The position numbers and the translations under genes were made by a program. A DNA stretch of 54,755 nucleotides from a virus (lineage: Duplodnaviria; Caudoviricetes): positions 1 through 54,755 of the IMG/VR virus record IMGVR_UViG_3300025168_000110; one strand, given 5' to 3'. Numbering within the stretch: position 1 is the first letter of the stretch; each line of letters opens with the position of its first letter. The notes under the pieces are model-generated. The model did not search any database, was not told the origin of the DNA, and was given only the letters and a program-made list of their open reading frames with translations. Positions 30,201-39,087 of the stretch are shown piece by piece.

Positions 30201-33200
30201 GCCTATAGCTGTATTTTCTGATAAAAGTAGAAGATATTATATAGAAAGTATAATGGCTCATGATGAACAAAGCAGGCGATTGATATTATCTAAAATAGAA
30301 AACAATCCTGCGTACAAAGCTAAATACTCTGACGGCAAATCTGATGTATTTCCATTTAAAATAAGAGATGGTAGAATTGTTAACATACAAGATGAAGTAA
30401 AAAAATTAAGCAAAGAGATAGGTAAAAATCAAGAGCTGTTTACTAGTAATAAAGACTATAAAGACATTAAGAATAAAAGAGAAGTTTACGAAGCATTCTT
30501 AACATCTTATATTGCTAATAGATTTATGGCTCAACAATTATTTGTTCATGATCATAGACAATCTAAAAATGAAATTGACTATGTTAAAAGAGCTGCTGGA
30601 GCTATTGCAAGTCATACCGTGTATGACAGAAACTCTCAAGTTGAATTTATTATTACTAAAGATTATTTTGTAGATGATGATAATAATTTAACAACAGAAG
30701 AAACTGATGGTGTTGCTATTGAAAACGATGCTATGGGGTACGTTTTACCAGGTCAAGCTAAGATTATACGTAACAAGTATGGTGAAATACAAAAGGTAGG
30801 TAATGTCTTTAAGTTTGTTTATCATTATACAGAAACAGACGGGAAGTTGAAAGGGAAAACAACATACATGAAATTTGCTGTGCATGTATTAACTCCTGAG
30901 CTAGAGGCCTTAAGTCCAGAGATGACTAAAATTGGAGATATACTTAGGGCTAGAGAGGCAAATGTTAATGAACTATCTAAAGTTAAAAACAATCTTATAA
31001 TTGCTGCTTCAGAATCAGCAGCTAAGCTGTTTAAAGACGGTATAAGAACAGATAATCACATTTATGATATTAACCAGCTAAACGCACAAGAAATTAGCGA
31101 CAAGCAAGATGAAATACATTTAGACGAATCAGGATATAGAGGTTTGTCAGGAGAAGGATTAGGCATACAACTAGAGTTAGATAAACAAGCTAGTGAAAGG
31201 TTCTTCCCTTCACAATTATTTTACAATATAGCAACTAACATTAAAACAGAAGAAGAGGTTAAACTTGTTAATGAAATGTTTGAGCTGAGAAAAAAAGTAA
31301 TGGATGCTAATAATACGCAGAGAAATAAATCTCTTATTATGAATGATTCTGCAACGGAGCAGGATGCTTTAGCCGAAAGAGATTCATTTAAATCATCTAT
31401 GTCTGCTGATGTATTTGGTATAATGGTAGATAGCTCTTATGAGTTGTTAGATCCAAGATATCCATTTATGAATGCTTCTCATAATTCTATAGCTCTAGGT
31501 AAGATTACAAAGAACGGAACTAAGATGTATACTAAAGGAAGTATTGGGTATCAATCTTCTAGTTTAGGTATGGGATTACAATCTTATAAAAAAGGATTAT
31601 TTAAAGGAGATGAAAGTGTAGTTGCTTCTGAAGCCTATGTTCCTGGATATTTACAAGGTGATGGAGTTAAAGTTGGTGATTTATTTATAGGCACAAGAGT
31701 ACCTGCGCATGGTAAAGTAAGTAGTTCTGTTTTTGTAGTTAAAGGATTTCATAAACAAATAGGAGACTCGCCAACATCTAATATAACTATACCTGCACAT
31801 GTAAGTAAGAACTGGGGAGCTGATTTAGATGGAGATTCGGTTCACATGAATTTCCAATGGACAAAAAAAGAAGTTGCTGAAAAAGAATGGAGATCATGGT
31901 CTAATGAATTTTTTCTTAAATATGTAGAGCTTGTAAGTACAAAAGAAAGGCAGTCTGAGATTAAGGCTGATATTGATTTTATTACAGATTCAGACAATGC
32001 CATATCAAACACTAATAAATTAATTGGAATAGATTCTTCTGATATTAATTCACAATTAACGCCTATAGGCGATGCACAGATGTTTGAAGATAACGTACCA
32101 GCTAAAGACTTAGTAGGAATGGTTGCTGCATTACAAAGATCATTTAATATATTTTCTAGCGGAAAAGGAGAAGCTCTTCCTTTTGGTATATCAATTAAAG
32201 ATACAGATGGTTCGGTTAATAAACATACTGACGGTAAGCCAATTGAAAAATACTTTGACAATAAAGAACTAGAAGGAGGTGTTGGGAACTGGTTTGGTGT
32301 AGCTCAATTACTTAATATAGTGCTTGATAATGCTAAACATCAATACGCTAGTAAACTAGGATTAAATAGAAACAGTGTATTTCCTTATACATACTTAAGA
32401 AGACTTGGGTTTTCTTTAGATCAATTATCTTTATTATTTAACTCTCCTGTAGTAAAAGAGTATATGGAGTTTAAAAGAAATCGTAGTAAAAACTATATCT
32501 CTAAAGGTAAGGATATTAACGATATGTTTAATCAGTCAGATGAAATGAATCTTAATGAGCTAGTTGAATTTTTGGAAACACAAAACATTAAGTCTTTATC
32601 AAAAACATATACTGATATAATAACAGGTAAACCTAAGAAGGGATACAATAAAACAACATGGAACAAACTAACTAGCAGACTAGACTCTGGTATTGAAATT
32701 GATTTAAATGGACTTATTAATAGAGAGCAGGCAGCTGAAGTAGATGCTATTTTAGCTTTATATGCGTTAAGCAAATATAACAGTGATATAGTAAGACCTT
32801 TTTCTATGGCATTTACAGTACATCAAACTATTGAAAAAAATCCTGTTGAACTACATAAGATACATAATGACATACTTAAAATACGACAAGGGCCAGTATT
32901 AATTAATGATAAAACATCTGGAGGCTTAAACATAACTTATGAAATGGGCGATAGTGCTAACAATGCAATTGTAAATCACGCTGTAGGACTTTTTGATTCT
33001 ACCTTAAAAAGAGCATCTCGTACTGATATTAGATTTACTCCATACATGCAAAGTATATTAACTACTCCTAAAGCCGAAGAGTTGTTAGAAAAGAATAAGG
33101 ATTTTAAAAGTAAAATTATAAATCAAGTAATTGTAAACGATTTAAAACAAAACATAGAGCTTCTTACAAATGAAAAAAGCGTAGAAGCTTTAGTTAATGA

Positions 33201-36200
33201 TTTAATAAGTTTAAGATTAAAATATCCTGATAATTTCTTTTTGCATAATGTATTAGATATTAACGAAAAAGGAAATTATATTTCTGTAAACAGGGTTAAT
33301 ATAACTGAGTTTACTTCAAGAAAAACTATTGATCAAATAAAAGAATCATTTGCATTAATAAGTTTAGAAGATAAAAATTTAATATTTGATATGGAATATG
33401 AGTTTAATAAATTTGGATTTACTGGAGATTTTTCTGGAGCAACTTCTTTTGTTCCGTTCTTTGATAATAATTATGTAGCTAAAATTAATGATGAAATATC
33501 TAAGATAGTAGAGTTAAATCAAACTAGAGAAGAAACTACAACTAGTAAATTAGATACAGCTATTAACCAAGTCGTAAGCCCTAAGAAAGGGACAGTTAGA
33601 CAAAGAGCTAAGAAATTAGCACAACATGATCATACTATTACAATTGAAAGGCCTAATAAAAGAGCTAAGAAAATAGGACCTGAAGTGTCTTATAGAAATT
33701 TTTCTCAAGATCCTAATAGCCCTGTAATGAATATGACTATGTGGGCGGCTGATAAAGGTATTGATTTAAATAAAATAGACAAAGAATCTAAAACTTACGA
33801 ATTATTAAATAATAGATACGCATCTTATAAAACACAAGTAGGGCTTGTTAATGAGTTTATTTCTGAATTAGACATGAAGCCATTATCTGAATACAATATA
33901 AAAGATTTATACACTATAGCTTCTGATTTTAGAAAAATGGATAATTCAGCAACAAAAGGATTAGCTTATCTTATAGAAAAAGAAATAGGGCAGCAAGCTT
34001 TTAGAGAGCAGGCTGAGTTTTTACAAAAGGCTGGTCGTAAACAAGGGTATGAGTATAATGTTCCTGGAGAGCAAGGAGTAGCTCAAGAAGACCTTACTAA
34101 TTACCGAGCATGGTTAGGGTCTAACAACATGACGTCTAAACGTCCTGAAATACAGTATTTAATTAACGAAACGCAAAAAGAATATAGAGAGTATTTAAAA
34201 GCTTTTAAAAGATATAAAAACATTATAGATAAATCACACAATGCTTTATTAAAATCTAAAAGATCTAGACTAACTACTATGGAAAGATTAAAGCAATCTT
34301 TTACTTCTTATGATAAATATAAATACATTTATGGTAATATTATAAGGATAAGCGGTGATAAAGTAAGGCTTCTTAATAGAGATGAAATTACTGAAGTGTG
34401 GGACACTTTGAGCACACAAGAGCAAGACTACTGGACTCAATACATGACAATAGCTAATATGTTAATTGGAGCTGAAGAATCAAACGGTATGAAAGTTCCT
34501 AATATGCAGATGGGTAATTTAGAAGCTATGTCTAAAAATGGTTTATTTGGATTGTATAATACAACTATTGACTCTTTTGATTATGAAAGAGTTAAGGTGT
34601 ATGGTACTGATAAAGATGGCAATAAAAGTTTAAAAACATTTTATGAATGGAAAAATGAAGTGTATAAAAACAGAACAGGTAAAATTACTTTAGATTCTGG
34701 TAAAAAAATATTTGAATTAGATAAGTTAAGAAAAAAAGCAAAAGAGTTAAAGAAGCTAAATAAACATGAAGATAACTCTCCTATATTATTATCTGATAAT
34801 GAGTATGACGCCTTAGTTAATAGCGCTTACAAGCTTAAAGCAATGGTAGGTCATGATGTTAGTGATGTTGATGCTGAATTAATAAATGAATACGATAGAA
34901 GACAGGGTTCTGCGTTAGAGCAAAATACTCTTAACATACACACAGCTTTATTAGAATTTACTAGAAGCTCTTTGTTTATGCACGGTGAAAACACTGAAAT
35001 TAATCCTGAAGGATTTGCTGGTATGCATAAAACATCTATTCTTACTGATTCTGTTATAGCGTTTAATAAAGATTTAGACAATACTAATGCTGTTAAATAT
35101 CTTACTAAATGGTGGAAAGAAGGATTTTTAGAAAAGAAAAAACAAGAAAGTATTTTTGGAAAAAAGGCTGACAAAGTTATTGATGGATTTGTACAGCTTA
35201 CATCTTTAAGGCTACTAGGGTTTAGCTTAAGTGTGGGTGTAGGTAACGTTCTTGCAGGTAAATATCAAGAATTAAGAAAAAGAGGAGGTAAACAATTTGC
35301 CACTGGAGAGGTTAGATTTTGGAAAGACTGGTCTAAATCAAGAGAGATTCTAAAAAAACACAGAATAATTGATTATAGTTTTGATGACTTTGTTCATCTT
35401 TCAGAAAAGAAAGGTGCGTGGGGTAAGATAGAAAAATGGTCATTTATGTTTATGGATCAATCAGAGCACTACATACAAGGCTCAGCATTTTTAGGCATGC
35501 TAACTAAAGAAGAATTTCAGTCAGGTGAGATATCTCAAAAAAGAGTTATGTATATCAATCATAAAATATCAACAATACATGGTGAGGGTTATACTTCTTT
35601 TGATGCAAGTATGCTTTCTATGTACTCTTATGGTAGGGCATTACTACAATTTAAAAAGTGGTTTATTACTTTAATGCAAGATAGGTTTTCTGCTGAAGAA
35701 ATTGATAGATTTGGAAAAGTTAATGTAGGAAGCTATAGGGCTGCTGGTCAATTTGCTAACACAACAATAAGAGACTTCTTTTCAGGTAAGATTTCAATGA
35801 AAGAGGTTATTGATATATATAATAAGTCAAGCGCACATAGACAAGAAGAAATTTTAAGTTACTTAAGAGGCGTTGGTATAGGATTATCTCTTATAGCTTT
35901 AATAGCAATGATGGAAGACGATGATGAGCAAGACACTAAAGCTTTAAGAACTTTAAAAAAGTTATCTCATGATGTTTTTGTAACTACAGATATAAATAGA
36001 TTTATAAACTATACAGCTGTTCCAGCATCTACTAGTACACTTAAAAATGCCACAAGAGGCATACAAGAAGCTATAAGAGATGATAGAGTTAAAAGATCAG
36101 GGCCTTACGCAGAAGCAGGATCTTCTAAGGCTTTAAAAACGTTTAATATTGAAGTTAGTCCTTATTCTGAATTTAGAAAAGATTATTTAAACTTTGTCTA

Positions 36201-36246
36201 TGAGGGTAAAAAAGAGAAAAAGAAAACAAGTTCTTTAATTAGGTAA
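24244..36246 (+). CDS. Giant virion RNA polymerase polyprotein (two-barrel RNAP with zincin-like domain)
   Basis: 4000 aa; TRVPAHG (~31693) and catalytic GADLDGD (DLDGD at 31822-31836); HELGH at 27961-27975; Gly-rich hydrophobic N-terminal region; position matches crAss vRNAP genes. Confidence 0.85.
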   Translation: MAGEDDFINSLNILLGSDADANLIGSKSIEKEITDNYDDEMDKPSGSFTSMLDNSSQAEQRSIAFEQSMMGAGAENVQQDQNGVMNQMAQGPAPDQQIIDPHSMIGNTAERTGRAIASGWGDLVSGTGDTMDFISALVTPWEADATTSVGSWLKGIGTEYQNENTLILSESLNDITMADMFNGEFWSSKVARQIPFALSFVIPYAGGARLGAYALGRFGMAAARSLQATKNVGTMGRGIGAAANKGSGLLGKLAFDGGKKGLQATKFTRNVGGFVGGGVGANLAEGAFLAGESYDEMLYQLDESGQPLFSPQEAAEHASGVMLDNFKYFMVDAAQYGLVFGGAGKGLTRKLMMGGFKNTPFKASVGHLIKGGMQKIAPHLAPTAAYAGIEGISEGIQELYQEWIKYTALQEAKGKDYKTYMDWMKDEGGNYRPEVRDIFFTSVGLGAAMGGSRGFFDSMAERKKMQEEKHAKFIEHASKIDAAQTTEEEYLATQYAVDHVIADNVWNYGGDGSVVFAYLDKLVSSGKMTQEVADEYKKSVEVSEANYSKHSMNSMLTESAAKQAFFRETRLTRNATQQAQQNALYESDVKKVNETISDESKKNKMLAQLEADHLGVMETLKTEEAEVNRELEDLYTLRIDEAPTAKSTGKRDARFKKQGLTPEENLEYSQEAQKEKERLEKGEFTQTEREQELHKLSKSDMTFDQWKADVIKREGADYLNSFTNEQIMQLKNPSLMDKAQTLGGKALEVGKSLLDKAKTVVSGLTNSEKTESKEEAKKPEAKNTIIEDNLTQAKNWVKKNLHISKDKVSKIIEEVKKAGGTAADVISKLKAEKTLKGASKKVYDAIEKFANDRIEGKEGKTWKEFIKDKLSVDKEGKVTVEEKTKEDTITPKIIKDSKKSKYAKTEEMQNKGKPITNSTDTITVDGVDYRFRIEEFKDGTILYNVSEIAADNKGGMPIRSLTEKEYKSLIEKSQEDVKKKDKTEKVKVYPKNKTFKKIEEFLRSIGGSIVLKGLEVVYGGGTTWGGKSIVIKRDGEDLRFYDFKGDILKLIEKNINKPTILKNIELRLRDPKKGAKDVVTINGKHYFHFPKSRTETAMYDTIVDVYVDGKRVGELLQRDWNSKIITRKAKKQDVRNIDKVIGKLKETKENIKKLLNSTFTEDQTTEILNINRNLEVYQSSGIGAWVLTQSVVQRQFPGARGYVVSQKLHDDYGSEATALALGSAYVLINEKGVEQTDLIHELGHIYYSIMENTPLMKRIKKLLISSKFYQDTKEEYPELILFNYDKQQVTLGDLYEMINNNKFGYTSDLISIVENIEEAEKNNNNQRLIDLFHSLRIQLKNQGIKEVKKNAQKHIIEESFTKALEASSYGTVNSIIKNTEAQRQLKKDLIQFYKETKNLTTEDEAKRFLDLTVENIQSLSLDAAIKQVLLDFNSQDRKIPIVQNSGYKNKTKAKKKRLSKHGSYSNIYSHIGDVSGKKGLTKTQKLNAVIKAIAQSSGLTQKEVSNKSKEYIKAIIAQSTRRNDLKSADTVLDKELKEIGIVIEARDEVTGKVEEHTIETARYEESEKNKGLPTTASNFIKKITEVFNHKNPDNKINRKKLLHALYALAKQTMYDPFDYVPELRKSDNPHLISMIKELDRIYNGDVNLTNAKMMELKGYVEGINIEVLTNGVLNINAKTGEMSWNKYKTTSRSLEASVTNSVLNHVKDNKDVQNKLAKVYNDYFNKKKPSVNDKYNAANKFLNILLDVKNNPKGSLIDIPSLLNNTIMYEGKEQYLYNMLFEHTINPQYNTPILKNKFMVYDGKKREFVASIPQYEPFELFFGSQSSLRNIINEGLVLSRGINYLSIVDSVTGDAISVFNKENGLQNRIKNVANVINEGVYIEENDIMHSDNNIYSYILQERKNKNKLANRKGKVVNNPLRLTVHSGLMRSLIGMAEHKAHVNYEQRANKLNNTSPNELLANDFFMWLARYQEGKKNKDTTIIYDQPIAVFSDKSRRYYIESIMAHDEQSRRLILSKIENNPAYKAKYSDGKSDVFPFKIRDGRIVNIQDEVKKLSKEIGKNQELFTSNKDYKDIKNKREVYEAFLTSYIANRFMAQQLFVHDHRQSKNEIDYVKRAAGAIASHTVYDRNSQVEFIITKDYFVDDDNNLTTEETDGVAIENDAMGYVLPGQAKIIRNKYGEIQKVGNVFKFVYHYTETDGKLKGKTTYMKFAVHVLTPELEALSPEMTKIGDILRAREANVNELSKVKNNLIIAASESAAKLFKDGIRTDNHIYDINQLNAQEISDKQDEIHLDESGYRGLSGEGLGIQLELDKQASERFFPSQLFYNIATNIKTEEEVKLVNEMFELRKKVMDANNTQRNKSLIMNDSATEQDALAERDSFKSSMSADVFGIMVDSSYELLDPRYPFMNASHNSIALGKITKNGTKMYTKGSIGYQSSSLGMGLQSYKKGLFKGDESVVASEAYVPGYLQGDGVKVGDLFIGTRVPAHGKVSSSVFVVKGFHKQIGDSPTSNITIPAHVSKNWGADLDGDSVHMNFQWTKKEVAEKEWRSWSNEFFLKYVELVSTKERQSEIKADIDFITDSDNAISNTNKLIGIDSSDINSQLTPIGDAQMFEDNVPAKDLVGMVAALQRSFNIFSSGKGEALPFGISIKDTDGSVNKHTDGKPIEKYFDNKELEGGVGNWFGVAQLLNIVLDNAKHQYASKLGLNRNSVFPYTYLRRLGFSLDQLSLLFNSPVVKEYMEFKRNRSKNYISKGKDINDMFNQSDEMNLNELVEFLETQNIKSLSKTYTDIITGKPKKGYNKTTWNKLTSRLDSGIEIDLNGLINREQAAEVDAILALYALSKYNSDIVRPFSMAFTVHQTIEKNPVELHKIHNDILKIRQGPVLINDKTSGGLNITYEMGDSANNAIVNHAVGLFDSTLKRASRTDIRFTPYMQSILTTPKAEELLEKNKDFKSKIINQVIVNDLKQNIELLTNEKSVEALVNDLISLRLKYPDNFFLHNVLDINEKGNYISVNRVNITEFTSRKTIDQIKESFALISLEDKNLIFDMEYEFNKFGFTGDFSGATSFVPFFDNNYVAKINDEISKIVELNQTREETTTSKLDTAINQVVSPKKGTVRQRAKKLAQHDHTITIERPNKRAKKIGPEVSYRNFSQDPNSPVMNMTMWAADKGIDLNKIDKESKTYELLNNRYASYKTQVGLVNEFISELDMKPLSEYNIKDLYTIASDFRKMDNSATKGLAYLIEKEIGQQAFREQAEFLQKAGRKQGYEYNVPGEQGVAQEDLTNYRAWLGSNNMTSKRPEIQYLINETQKEYREYLKAFKRYKNIIDKSHNALLKSKRSRLTTMERLKQSFTSYDKYKYIYGNIIRISGDKVRLLNRDEITEVWDTLSTQEQDYWTQYMTIANMLIGAEESNGMKVPNMQMGNLEAMSKNGLFGLYNTTIDSFDYERVKVYGTDKDGNKSLKTFYEWKNEVYKNRTGKITLDSGKKIFELDKLRKKAKELKKLNKHEDNSPILLSDNEYDALVNSAYKLKAMVGHDVSDVDAELINEYDRRQGSALEQNTLNIHTALLEFTRSSLFMHGENTEINPEGFAGMHKTSILTDSVIAFNKDLDNTNAVKYLTKWWKEGFLEKKKQESIFGKKADKVIDGFVQLTSLRLLGFSLSVGVGNVLAGKYQELRKRGGKQFATGEVRFWKDWSKSREILKKHRIIDYSFDDFVHLSEKKGAWGKIEKWSFMFMDQSEHYIQGSAFLGMLTKEEFQSGEISQKRVMYINHKISTIHGEGYTSFDASMLSMYSYGRALLQFKKWFITLMQDRFSAEEIDRFGKVNVGSYRAAGQFANTTIRDFFSGKISMKEVIDIYNKSSAHRQEEILSYLRGVGIGLSLIALIAMMEDDDEQDTKALRTLKKLSHDVFVTTDINRFINYTAVPASTSTLKNATRGIQEAIRDDRVKRSGPYAEAGSSKALKTFNIEVSPYSEFRKDYLNFVYEGKKEKKKTSSLIR

Positions 36247-36255
36247 TAAAATTTG

Positions 36256-36263
36256 TATATTTG
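36256..36263 (+). promoter_or_regulatory. Bacteroidota -7 element (TATATTTG)
   Basis: Intergenic TAnnTTTG 14 nt before ATG 36278. Confidence 0.6.
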
Positions 36264-36277
36264 TAAAAAATTAGAAT

Positions 36278-36664
36278 ATGAACGTAAACGACTTATTTAA
36301 AGCATCTTTTGGCAGTTATGGTTCTGTTTATTTACAAGATGATGGAGCTATATTAGATTTAAATGGATCTACTGCTAATAGATTTATATTAGCAATTACA
36401 TTTTTGTCAGATACTAAGTTTCAAGCTATACAAACTCTTGACGGGGTTATAGGATCTATTAGTTCAGACGGAACAAATGAAACGCAAATAGATGATGCTT
36501 TTGGAGCTACAACGACATGGGCTACAGGAACAGATAATGATGATGCCTTAGCAATAGACAATACTGTAAGATTTCCAAAAGGAGTTACAATATACGGAAA
36601 GTGGGATTATATAGAATTACATCAAGGATCATGTTTGTGTTATTTAGCACCAGTGGGATATTAA
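36278..36664 (+). CDS. Small virion protein, paralog A
   Basis: C-terminal FPKGVTIYGKWDYIELHQGSCLCYLAP, homologous to the next gene. Confidence 0.6.
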   Translation: MNVNDLFKASFGSYGSVYLQDDGAILDLNGSTANRFILAITFLSDTKFQAIQTLDGVIGSISSDGTNETQIDDAFGATTTWATGTDNDDALAIDNTVRFPKGVTIYGKWDYIELHQGSCLCYLAPVGY

Positions 36665-36684
36665 TAAATTAAAATAAAAATAAA

Positions 36685-37056
36685 ATGGCAAACGTAAATG
36701 ATTTAAAAACAGTACCTGGCTTAGGCGATTTTGGATCTTGTTATATTACAGGAGATGGACAAAAAGTAGATCTTGACGGACTAACAGCAACAGCATATGT
36801 TTGTGCTATATATGTAGTGGCTGCTACTAAATTTGAAATATTATCTAACATGAATGGTGATGTTAGAAATATAAGTACTGTTACTGCAGAAAATGTTAGA
36901 AGTACTCAGTTTGGAGCTACTTCAGAAAGTACTGATATTGTAGCAGGAGAGTCTGGAACAGAATTTCCAACAGGAACATGGTTGTATGGTAAGTGGGATA
37001 ATGTAGAATTACACGCAGGAACTTGTATTTGTTATCTAGCTCCTAGAGGATACTAG
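36685..37056 (+). CDS. Small virion protein, paralog B
   Basis: C-terminal FPTGTWLYGKWDNVELHAGTCICYLAP. Confidence 0.6.
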   Translation: MANVNDLKTVPGLGDFGSCYITGDGQKVDLDGLTATAYVCAIYVVAATKFEILSNMNGDVRNISTVTAENVRSTQFGATSESTDIVAGESGTEFPTGTWLYGKWDNVELHAGTCICYLAPRGY

Positions 37057-37057
37057 T

Positions 37058-37213
37058 GTGGGATTCATACAGAAATTAGCTAAAAGAAAAATTAAAAGCA
37101 AGGAAGACATGCCAATGTATATGATAAAAGAAAATACACTATACGCAAAAGTGCTTCCAAAAAAACCAATATTATATTATATTAATCCTAAAAATTGGAT
37201 TAAATGGGTTTAG
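37058..37213 (+). CDS. Small basic protein (51 aa, GTG start; not in ORF track)
   Basis: MGFIQKLAKRKIKSKEDMPMYMIKENTLYAKVLPKKPILYYINPKNWIKWV fills the gap between neighbours. Confidence 0.4.
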   Translation: MGFIQKLAKRKIKSKEDMPMYMIKENTLYAKVLPKKPILYYINPKNWIKWV

Positions 37214-37956
37214 GTTTAGGATTAGTAAACTCAAAGTTAGATTATACTGTAGGGTGGGAACCCTCTGATAAAGACGATTTAGTATTGTGGTTAAAAAATG
37301 ATGTAGATGTATCTAGTGCTTTGTGGAAAAATCAAGCTAATGAAAGCAAAAACTTTATACAAGAACTGTCAGGAAGACAACCTTCTCTTGCTGAAACTGA
37401 TGCAATAGATAGTCAAGAAATAACAAACGATTTAATTTTTGATGGAGTAGATGATGGTATGCAGATTAATGATAGCGGCTCTATATCAGTTGATGACGCT
37501 TTTACATTTGTTATAGTTTTTAAGCCTGATGTTGCTAAAGATGTTGTCTTAACTTCAGGAGCTTCTTTAAGTAGTAGTATATCATTAGGCCCTTTAGGCC
37601 TTACTGGAAACCAAACCGTAACGTTTTTAGCTAATAATGTTGCCACTACACTTCAACACACTAAGCCATTTGTACCGTCTAGTAGTAGTATTCCTTTACA
37701 GTATTATATTATACAAAGATCAAGTAGTGGTGCTATGACTGGAGAGTCAAGTGTCTGGGGCAATGTTAATAGTATAGTAAATAGTCCTAATACAGAAGTT
37801 TTAACTTTAGATAAATTATGTGGCGCACCCAAATATTATGATGGATCAATAAAAGAAATTTTTTTATTTGAAAGTGTTTTTGAAAATAGTACTGATTACA
37901 GGCAGATGCATAAGTACTTAGAGCATAAATTTGGAATAGAAGAGTATAGTTCTTAA
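37204..37956 (+). CDS. Putative fibre/receptor-binding protein, ConA/LamG-like fold
   Basis: MGLGLGL N-terminus; LVLWLK, FDGVDD, YYDGSIKEIFLF...YLEHKFG pattern. Confidence 0.55.
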   Translation: MGLGLGLVNSKLDYTVGWEPSDKDDLVLWLKNDVDVSSALWKNQANESKNFIQELSGRQPSLAETDAIDSQEITNDLIFDGVDDGMQINDSGSISVDDAFTFVIVFKPDVAKDVVLTSGASLSSSISLGPLGLTGNQTVTFLANNVATTLQHTKPFVPSSSSIPLQYYIIQRSSSGAMTGESSVWGNVNSIVNSPNTEVLTLDKLCGAPKYYDGSIKEIFLFESVFENSTDYRQMHKYLEHKFGIEEYSS

Positions 37957-37966
37957 TAGTTTTTAC

Positions 37967-37974
37967 TAATTTTG
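37967..37974 (+). promoter_or_regulatory. Bacteroidota -7 element (TAATTTTG)
   Basis: Intergenic TAnnTTTG upstream of the membrane-protein cluster. Confidence 0.5.
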
Positions 37975-38001
37975 TAAATATAAAAAATTTAATATTGATT
38001 A

Positions 38002-38310
38002 ATGGCAACTGCAGCCCAAGAAATAGCGTTAATGAAGAGAGACATAGAGACTTTAAGCGGAGACGTTAAAGAAATAAACGATAAGCTAGACAGACTTATG
38101 GTAAAGCTATTAGACCCAGATGAAGGTTTGGTTGTTAGAGTTAACAAAAATACTAGTAGATTAGACAGAAGAGATGTTGAATTACCTGTATGGTTAGGTA
38201 ATTTAGAGGAGTTTAAGCAAATGAAAAGGTGGAAATCAAACGTAACTAAAGCTTTGTGGGGCATATACACAGCAATCATAGGTTATATTGTTAAATTAAT
38301 ATTTTGGTAA
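38002..38310 (+). CDS. Coiled-coil protein with C-terminal TM helix (lysis-associated?)
   Basis: Heptad region, then ALWGIYTAIIGYIVKLIFW. Confidence 0.5.
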   Translation: MATAAQEIALMKRDIETLSGDVKEINDKLDRLMVKLLDPDEGLVVRVNKNTSRLDRRDVELPVWLGNLEEFKQMKRWKSNVTKALWGIYTAIIGYIVKLIFW

Positions 38311-38516
38311 TGAAAGAAATATTAGATCTTATAGAAGGATATGGTTTACCTTTAGTGTTATTGCTTGGAGCATTATATGCATTATATAGATTTTTAGTAT
38401 TTAGTTTATATGAAGTAAAAAATCAATTTTCTCGTCATCATGAAAAAGCTGCTGATAACATTGAAGAAATGAAAAAGAAAATTGATATAATTTTAGAGTA
38501 TATAAGAAAAAATTAA
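38304..38516 (+). CDS. Holin-like membrane protein
   Basis: N-terminal TM (YGLPLVLLLGALYALYRFLVF) plus charged coiled-coil. Confidence 0.45.
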   Translation: MVMKEILDLIEGYGLPLVLLLGALYALYRFLVFSLYEVKNQFSRHHEKAADNIEEMKKKIDIILEYIRKN

Positions 38517-38517
38517 T

Positions 38518-38736
38518 ATGAAGGATTTTACTATAAATTTAGGTAATATAATTTGGATTATAGGTATAATATTTACTATGGGTATGGCTTATAGCCAGAT
38601 TGCCCAACTAGGAGAAGATATAATAATATTAGACAGAAGGTTAGAGAAAAAGATTAAAATAATTAGCGAAAACGAAGACCGAATAGTAGAACTTGAAAAA
38701 GAAATAGCAAAGCTAGAAGGTTGTAATCATAAATAA
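38518..38736 (+). CDS. Membrane-anchored coiled-coil protein
   Basis: NIIWIIGIIFTMGMAY TM followed by coiled coil. Confidence 0.45.
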   Translation: MKDFTINLGNIIWIIGIIFTMGMAYSQIAQLGEDIIILDRRLEKKIKIISENEDRIVELEKEIAKLEGCNHK

Positions 38737-38747
38737 AAACTAATAAA

Positions 38748-38831
38748 ATGAAAAAAGCAATTTGTAAACTTATAAAAAAAATAACTTTTAGTAAAGTGTG
38801 CCTTGGTTGGTGTGCTTGTAATTTAAAATAA
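38748..38831 (+). CDS. Cys-rich micropeptide (27 aa; not in ORF track)
   Basis: MKKAICKLIKKITFSKVCLGWCACNLK, A-rich leader, fills the gap. Confidence 0.45.
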   Translation: MKKAICKLIKKITFSKVCLGWCACNLK

Positions 38832-38840
38832 ACATACAAC

Positions 38841-39074
38841 ATGGCAATACTTACAACAATAGGTGGTATGCCTTTATTTAGCACGCCAACAGAAGCTCTC
38901 AACTATGGAAGTGCTCAAGGACTCGTAGGGTATCACACGCATGTTTTTAATGGTGTTACTGGTTATATGGCTGGAGCAACTCACGGACAGGCCTCTGGAT
39001 CAAGTTCAGGTAGCTCTATGTCAAACAATCAGACAACACAAGGTGGAGGTAGTCAAGGTGGAGGTGGTTACTAA
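38841..39074 (+). CDS. Hypothetical protein with His motif (GYHTH...GYM...H) and G/S/Q tail
   Basis: ORF track; composition. Confidence 0.5.
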   Translation: MAILTTIGGMPLFSTPTEALNYGSAQGLVGYHTHVFNGVTGYMAGATHGQASGSSSGSSMSNNQTTQGGGSQGGGGY

Positions 39075-39087
39075 TAGATAATAAAAT

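Noticed and set aside
24244-36246. Exactly 4000 aa as a possible ORF-caller cap
   Set aside because: Coordinates give 4001 codons ending in a real TAA at 36244-36246
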